Origin: Chloroflexota bacterium
GTDB lineage: Bacteria; Chloroflexota; Dehalococcoidia; SM23-28-2; RBG-16-64-32
Length of the DNA stretch: 33,025 bases
Direction: 5' to 3'
Assembly: GCA_005880075.1 (NCBI GenBank)
Contig: VBJT01000122.1
Location: forward strand, 1-33,025
Made by a program: the position numbers and the translations under genes. The notes below the pieces were generated by a model, which worked only from the letters and a program-made list of their open reading frames with translations, did no database searches and was not told where the DNA came from. This document shows positions 27,865 to 33,025 of this stretch, piece after piece (the first letter of the stretch is position 1; the number at the start of each line of letters is the position of its first letter).

Positions 27865-28023
27865 TCTGATCCGTCCCTTCCGTCCGGCCCGCGGACGAGC
27901 CGCAGAGTCTTGATAAGAGAGCGCAGGGGTCACGGCCTATCGGCGCGCGACCCCCGAGCTACCTTGTTATCAACAACAGCGGTCTGTTGCCGACGTTTGA
28001 GCCCTGAAGGCTCCGGATCGATC

Positions 28024-28206
28024 TTAGAGCGAGCCCGTGATGCTGGACAGGGTGCCCGCGATCGCCAGACCCAGGGCAGTCAGCGCGAGGATGCAAACGA
28101 CCGCGATGAGGGCCAGAAGCAGACCGTACTCGGCCAGCGCCTGTCCGTCCTCACGCTCGTGGCGCGACGCGAACCACACCAGGGCTTCGTTGATCTTGGA
28201 GAGCAT
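28024..28206 (-). CDS. flp: Flp family type IVc pilin (copy A)
   Basis: EDG|QALAEYGLLLALIAVV Flp motif; AAGGAGG SD. Confidence 0.93.
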   Translation of the reverse strand: MLSKINEALVWFASRHEREDGQALAEYGLLLALIAVVCILALTALGLAIAGTLSSITGSL

Positions 28207-28263
28207 TCGTCTCCTCCTTTCCAAACTAATTGATCGCTTGGTTGAGAACCTTCTCCGCCAAGT

Positions 28264-28292
28264 TAGATGGGAGTGGTGGTTCGCCCGTTACA
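28264..28292 (-). promoter_or_regulatory. Putative ECF promoter of flp A
   Basis: TGTAAC-N17-CATCTA. Confidence 0.7.
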
Positions 28293-28370
28293 CCTTATCC
28301 GCCCGGTTCACGAAGATTTCACCGTCGGCAGTGAGCGAGCGAGCGGCGTGTTTGCAGGGCGAGAGCCGGC

Positions 28371-28411
28371 AAATAAGAAGAGCGGCCCGCAGCGAATACG
28401 CAGCGGGCCGC
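28371..28411 (-). terminator. Intrinsic terminator after flp B
   Basis: GCGGCCCGC...GCGGGCCGC stem followed by UCUUCUUAUUU. Confidence 0.75.
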
Positions 28412-28434
28412 ATAAGTTCCCCGGTGCAGTTTCT

Positions 28435-28617
28435 TTAGAAAGCGCCGGTGATGCTGGACAGCGTGCCAGCGATCGCCAGACCCAGGGCGGTCAGCGCGAG
28501 GATGCAAACGACCGCGATGAGGGCCAGAAGCAGACCGTACTCGGCCAGCGCCTGTCCGTCCTCGCGCTCGACGCGCGTCGCGAGCCGCGTCAGAGTCTCG
28601 TTGATCTTGGAGAGCAT
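28435..28617 (-). CDS. flp: Flp family type IVc pilin (copy B)
   Basis: Same Flp motif; mature part identical to copy A except the last two residues. Confidence 0.93.
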   Translation of the reverse strand: MLSKINETLTRLATRVEREDGQALAEYGLLLALIAVVCILALTALGLAIAGTLSSITGAF

Positions 28618-28672
28618 TCGTCTCCTCCTTTCCAAAAAATTGATCGCTTGGTAAGGACCGTCTCCGTGAAGT

Positions 28673-28701
28673 TAGATGGGGTTGGCCGTACAGCCGTTAC
28701 A
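28673..28701 (-). promoter_or_regulatory. Putative ECF promoter of flp B
   Basis: TGTAAC-N17-CATCTA. Confidence 0.7.
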
Positions 28702-28838
28702 GCTTATGCACTCGGTAAACGAAGATTTCACCTTTGATTACTAAAGTCGGCGAGCGGTAAAGGAAGCGGCACAAGCAGCGGCTGGTTGGATTGCGACGAG
28801 CAACGTGAATTTCTGGCCGGTACCTGACTCTCTTACCT

Positions 28839-29804
28839 TTAGAAAGCCAGCGCGAGCTTGATTGAAACCAGCAGAATCAGTGCGCCCGTTAGGAGGAATA
28901 TAGCGCTGGGCCGGCTCGTAAACCCCGGTGGGACCCTGACGGGGCCAATCCTCTCGGGGCCCGGGCGCGCAGCGGGCCCAAAGGCAGGCGCGGGCTGCGA
29001 AACCGGATCCGGAGATGAGCGGCGCGGCCACGCCAGGCTGATCTGCGCTGCAAGCGCGATTGTTACGGCAACCACAACGCCGCCTAACACATCCACAACA
29101 TAGTGCTCGCCGGAGAGGACCACCTCAAAGCCAATCAGAACCGAGTAGGCAAGCATTGCCAGGGCAGGAAGCCTCCAGCGCTCGCGGAATAACCAGAGGC
29201 TGATGAGGAGAGGAAGCGCGACATGCAGGCTGGGCATCGCCGCCAGCGGGTTGTTGTCCGGAATCTCGCGGGCTGCGTGCAATGCCACAAGTCGTGTGAC
29301 CTCCGCGTTCGCCATCCACGGCGGTTGCAGTGGAAAGAGCGCGAACATCGGATTAACGACAAAGTGTAATGTGATCCAGCACAGAAAGAACGAGCCGATC
29401 CGCTCGGGCCTCTTCCACGAGACAAGGAGACCAACCAACCACGGCACGACGAACCAGGAACCGTGGACGGCCCTCACCGCCCACGAAAAGAACGTGGGCG
29501 AGAGCGGGTAGACGTGGTTTTGTAACCACATGGTCGGAAGCGAGCCGAACACGGCCTCCTCTGTGGCTGCGCCGTGGACGGGCAAACCAAAATCGTCCAT
29601 GTACCCTCGGATCACTGCGCAGACCGCGAGGGCGAGCCAGGCCAGTACCCACCAAAAGAAGAGTTGTCTGTGTTGCGGTTCTCGCAGTAGACCTCTCGCC
29701 CATGCGAGCGTGAACCCTCTTCTCGGCCTAACAGTGCCTGAAATTGTGGACATGGGTCGTTGGGTCGCCTTCCGCGGAAAACTGCTTCGCTGCAAAGTCT
29801 GCAA
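28839..29804 (-). CDS. PAP2-superfamily membrane protein (PAP2_3/IPC-synthase-like)
   Basis: PLQPPWM, NPLAAMPSLH, HYVVDVLGG; several TM helices; start could be ATG 29753. Confidence 0.85.
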   Translation of the reverse strand: MQTLQRSSFPRKATQRPMSTISGTVRPRRGFTLAWARGLLREPQHRQLFFWWVLAWLALAVCAVIRGYMDDFGLPVHGAATEEAVFGSLPTMWLQNHVYPLSPTFFSWAVRAVHGSWFVVPWLVGLLVSWKRPERIGSFFLCWITLHFVVNPMFALFPLQPPWMANAEVTRLVALHAAREIPDNNPLAAMPSLHVALPLLISLWLFRERWRLPALAMLAYSVLIGFEVVLSGEHYVVDVLGGVVVAVTIALAAQISLAWPRRSSPDPVSQPAPAFGPAARPGPERIGPVRVPPGFTSRPSAIFLLTGALILLVSIKLALAF

Positions 29805-29852
29805 GCGAGCAGCCGGTCAGAAATGAGCAGCAATCGCCTGCGGTCATCAGTA

Positions 29853-29881
29853 CTGACGTAGCCCGAAAGAAGGCCGTTACA
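29853..29881 (-). promoter_or_regulatory. Putative ECF promoter of the PAP2 gene
   Basis: TGTAAC-N17-CGTCAG. Confidence 0.6.
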
Positions 29882-30031
29882 GATCGAAGCAGCCGCCGAG
29901 TAGACGCAAAAACGCGGGCGAGGACGTCGGAGACGGGACACCCCGCGGACGGTCGACATGGTTGCCAACCTTTCATTGAACCGTCGCGTTCCAACTCATT
30001 AGATGCGGCGTTCTTTTCCGAGTAACCGGCA

Positions 30032-30760
30032 GTGATATTTTTTGCAGCTCTGATCGGTTTCGCCGTGGGCCACCTCGTCCACCTCCTCTTCGACCGCTTC
30101 TTCAGCGGAGAGCCAGTGCGCGGGCCGCTCTACGAATGTCCGGCCTGCCGTTCACCTGTTAGACCGGTCGCGGCCATACCCTACGCCACCGTGGTCCTTT
30201 CCGGCGGCCGCTGTCCCAACTGCCGCGAGAAACTGCCCTGGCGCGCGGTGATACTTCCAGCCGGCGCAGCGGGCCTTTTCGCCCTGTCGTACCTGGCGTT
30301 CGATGAATTGGCCGCCGGCCTCCTGGGTGGGTTGTTCGCAACCGTCTTCTTGACCCTCACTCTTACCGACCTAGAACGCCGGCTGCTTCCGAACCGCATC
30401 GTCTACCCTTCGATTCTGCTGGCGATTGCCTTCTGTTGGGCCTGGCCGGACACGACCTGGGTGCAGATCCTGGCGGGCGGCGCCGTTGCGATAGCGATCG
30501 CCGTGCTCATCTACCTCTTCTCACTGTTGTTCGGCCCGGAAGCCTTCGGGATGGGCGACGTCAAAATGATCGTCCTCATCGGGTTTGTCGTCGGATTCCC
30601 GGCCGTGATTGTTGCCGTATTGCTCGGGACCGTCGCTGCGGGGATTGTCGCCGCTGTTCTGGTTGTTACCCGCCTGCGCGGGCTACGAGACTACGTGGCT
30701 CATGGGCCCTTTCTGGCCCTGGGCGCCGTCCTGGCGCTGTTGGCCCAGCATAGTCATTGA
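30032..30760 (+). CDS. A24 prepilin peptidase with N-terminal Zn-binding domain
   Basis: CPAC...CPNC, TDLERRLLPN, FGMGDVKM, HGPFLALG. Confidence 0.9.
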   Translation: MIFFAALIGFAVGHLVHLLFDRFFSGEPVRGPLYECPACRSPVRPVAAIPYATVVLSGGRCPNCREKLPWRAVILPAGAAGLFALSYLAFDELAAGLLGGLFATVFLTLTLTDLERRLLPNRIVYPSILLAIAFCWAWPDTTWVQILAGGAVAIAIAVLIYLFSLLFGPEAFGMGDVKMIVLIGFVVGFPAVIVAVLLGTVAAGIVAAVLVVTRLRGLRDYVAHGPFLALGAVLALLAQHSH

Positions 30761-30794
30761 ATGCTAATCGAATAAGCGAATCGGGTGCGCTTCG

Positions 30795-30823
30795 TGTAAC
30801 GGCCGGCGATAGGGGCCAGTCCT
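30795..30823 (+). promoter_or_regulatory. Putative ECF promoter of the methyltransferase gene
   Basis: TGTAAC-N17-AGTCCT (weaker -10). Confidence 0.5.
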
Positions 30824-30868
30824 ACTCAGCGTGAGGGCGCCATTGGTTGCGCCACACTAGGAGGACTA

Positions 30869-31446
30869 ATGGCGACGGTACAGACCGCGCTCCCGCTGCG
30901 TAGACAACTGATCCGAGCTCTGACCAAGCTCGAGAACACTTTCCCAGCGCTCGTCTGGTTCTTCCTTGTGGTCTTCCAGCTCGCCAAAGCCTACGAAACC
31001 CCCTGGGTTTCCACCATCGGCCTCCTAATGATCAACTCGGTTGCGATGGTCCTCTTCCTGACTCGTCGAGATGCGTCGCGGATCGGGAACGTCTGGGAAG
31101 GCTTGCTGGCGGTTTCAGGCACCTTCGTGGTTACTCTGCTGCTCATCGTCTCGGATGACGACGAGGCGACGCTCGGGCCCGGGGCATCACCTCTCGCGAC
31201 CTTCCTCCAGTGCATCGGTATCGCCGGATGGGCGGCCTCGCTCTTCGCGCTCGGTCGGAGCCTGGGGATAGCTCCTGCGGACCGAGGGCTTGTCCGGCAC
31301 GGGCCTTATCGCTTTATCAGGCATCCCCTCTACGCCTTTGGGCAGCGCTCCAGATCGGCCGGATCGTCCGCGAGGAGAGGATCATCGGCGGCTACGAGCA
31401 GTACCGGCAGCAAGTTCGCTGGCGCCTGATCCCGTTCGTCTGGTAG
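30869..31446 (+). CDS. ICMT/PEMT-family membrane methyltransferase, interrupted near 31340
   Basis: LGRSLGIAP...LVRHGPYRFIRHPLY, then in another frame RIVREERII..YEQYRQQVRWRLIPFVW*. Confidence 0.82.
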
Positions 31447-31557
31447 GCAGTGGCTCGCGGCTTCCCGTCTTCCCGTTTTCGCCGCTGCGGGTTGAACCCG
31501 CAGGTCACTGACAACTGACCACGGATAACTGACGACGAATCGCGCTATCATACGGCC

Positions 31558-32130
31558 ATGTCGCCGGCCGTCTCGGACACCATCTATCTTGCCGATTACG
31601 ATCCCCGCTGGCCGCAGCTTTTCGAAGACGAGCGAGCGCGCTTGCAAGCTGCCATCGGCGAATGGGCAGCGGACATCCAGCACGTTGGCAGCACGTCGAT
31701 ACCGGGCATCGCGGCCAAACCGATCATCGACATCGCGGTCCACCTGAGATCGCTCGTCGACGCGCTCTACTGCATCACCCCGCTCATGGAACTCGGATAC
31801 GAGTGCCTCGGCGAGTTCGGCATCCCCGGCCGCATCTACTTCCGCAAACGGACTCACCAGCCGGTCCGCGGCCAGAGTCACGACGGCATCGGGCGCACAC
31901 ACCAGATCCACATGTACGAGCGCACCAACGATCAGTACGAGAAGCAGATCGTCTTCCGCGACTACCTTCGCTCCCATGCGGACGCCCGAGAGGCCTACGA
32001 AGCCCTCAAGCGCCAGCTGGCGGAGCGGCACGCGGGCGATGTGGAGGCGTACGCGTTGGCGAAGAGCGATTTCGTCATCGAGGTCCTCGCACGGGCCCGC
32101 AGCGAACGCGATGGGGCTCCGGCCGGCTAA
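31558..32130 (+). CDS. GrpB family protein
   Basis: YDPRWPQLF, HVGSTSIPGIAAKPIIDI, FRDYLR, YEALK...YALAKSDFV. Confidence 0.92.
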   Translation: MSPAVSDTIYLADYDPRWPQLFEDERARLQAAIGEWAADIQHVGSTSIPGIAAKPIIDIAVHLRSLVDALYCITPLMELGYECLGEFGIPGRIYFRKRTHQPVRGQSHDGIGRTHQIHMYERTNDQYEKQIVFRDYLRSHADAREAYEALKRQLAERHAGDVEAYALAKSDFVIEVLARARSERDGAPAG

Positions 32131-33001
32131 TGGCCGTGCATCGCTTCAAGCAAGTCGACGTCTTCACCGCCCGGCCGTTCTTCGGGAACCCGGTCGCCGT
32201 CGTGCTCGACGCAGACGATATCGCGGACGAAGAGATGCAGCGGATCGCCGCCTGGACGAACCTCTCGGAGACGACGTTCGTGCTCAAGCCGACGATCACG
32301 CAACCCGCTTACCGTCTGCGGATCTTCACGCCTGCCCACGAACTGCCCTTCGCGGGCCACCCAACGATCGGCTCGTGCCACGCAGTCATCGAGGGCGGTA
32401 TCGTTACGCCGAAAGATGGGCGACTGGTCCAGGAGTGCGGCGCCGGCAACCTGCCACTTCGCATCGAGGGCGCGGGGGCGCAACGCAGAAATTGGGTGGA
32501 GGCGCCCGAGGCGAAGCTGATGGGTGAGCACCCGGAGTTGTCCTCGACCCTTTCTGACGTGCTTGGAAGCCCAATCGCTGAATCGCCGGCCCCGACGGCA
32601 TTCCGCAACGGCCCCACCTGGCTCTTCGTCCGATTCGAGACCGAGCCCGCGGTGGCGGCGCTCAAGCCGGACATATCCGCACTTGCGAAGCTCAGCCCGG
32701 CCGTCACCGGCGTCGCTGCATTTGCCTTCGTCAACGGCGAGCAATTTGCCGTCCACATACGCTGTTCGCGCCGGCAGCTGGTGTGCCGGAGGACCCGGTC
32801 ACGGGCAGCGCCAACGCGGCTCTGCCGGCGTATCTCGTCCACCACGGCCTCCTGGAAAAAACGGGCCGCGAGTACATCGCGACGCAGGCGACAGAGATGG
32901 GCCGCGATGGCCGCGTCCACGTCCGCATCCTCGACGACACTGGTCGCGCGGAGATCGGCGGCCAGGCGGTGACGGTGATCGATGGTGAGATACGGCTGTG
33001 A
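32130..33001 (+). CDS. PhzF-family epimerase/isomerase, 1-nt frameshift near 32765
   Basis: VDVFT..PFFGNP, NLSETTF, ELPFAGHPT; adding one T gives RCFAPAAGVPEDPVTGSAN; TAATG overlap with the GrpB gene. Confidence 0.88.
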
Positions 33002-33025
33002 CGGAGTACGCTCTCTATCTCGAGT

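Noticed and set aside
21705-28617. Absence of the RcpA secretin and TadD from the tad locus
   Set aside because: Expected for monoderm Tad systems; not novel.
30000-30027. GGTTAC-N16-CATCTA on the minus strand, a possible extra ECF promoter
   Set aside because: The -35 lacks the AAC core shared by the other six sites; not counted.
32763-32767. Frameshift in the PhzF gene as recoding
   Set aside because: A single missing T restores the conserved FAP..G.PEDP motif; no slippery site seen; probable sequencing error.
1-33025. tRNA, rRNA, CRISPR arrays, transposases or integrases
   Set aside because: None recognised by eye; a covariance-model scan would be needed to exclude small RNAs.

Overview
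GC-rich bacterial chromosomal segment; gene content (several F420/flavin LLM oxidoreductases, secretin-less Tad locus) suggests a monoderm such as Chloroflexota/Dehalococcoidia, which is an inference. The left half is metabolic/housekeeping: a partial GAF-PAS-GAF sensor and divergent receiver protein, three LLM oxidoreductases, a VOC protein, acyl-CoA dehydrogenase, DUF59, an Rdx/SelW-family selenoprotein (CxxU, missed by the ORF track), polyprenyl synthase, YjbQ, glpK, a beta-lactamase-fold protein and glcDEF. The right half (17.8-31.4 kb) looks like a self-contained regulatory and structural module. It has an ECF sigma/anti-sigma pair, a Tad/Flp pilus locus with two tandem pilins, and a TGTAAC-N16/17-(C)RTC promoter motif upstream of six transcription units. 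The tad operon ends in two paralogous XRE regulators plus an unannotated 59-aa protein that consists only of their C-terminal domain, an arrangement analogous to SinR/SlrR/SinI. About eight genes carry lesions (homopolymer frameshifts, a nonsense codon, internal deletions at apparent microhomologies); many may be sequencing or assembly errors.
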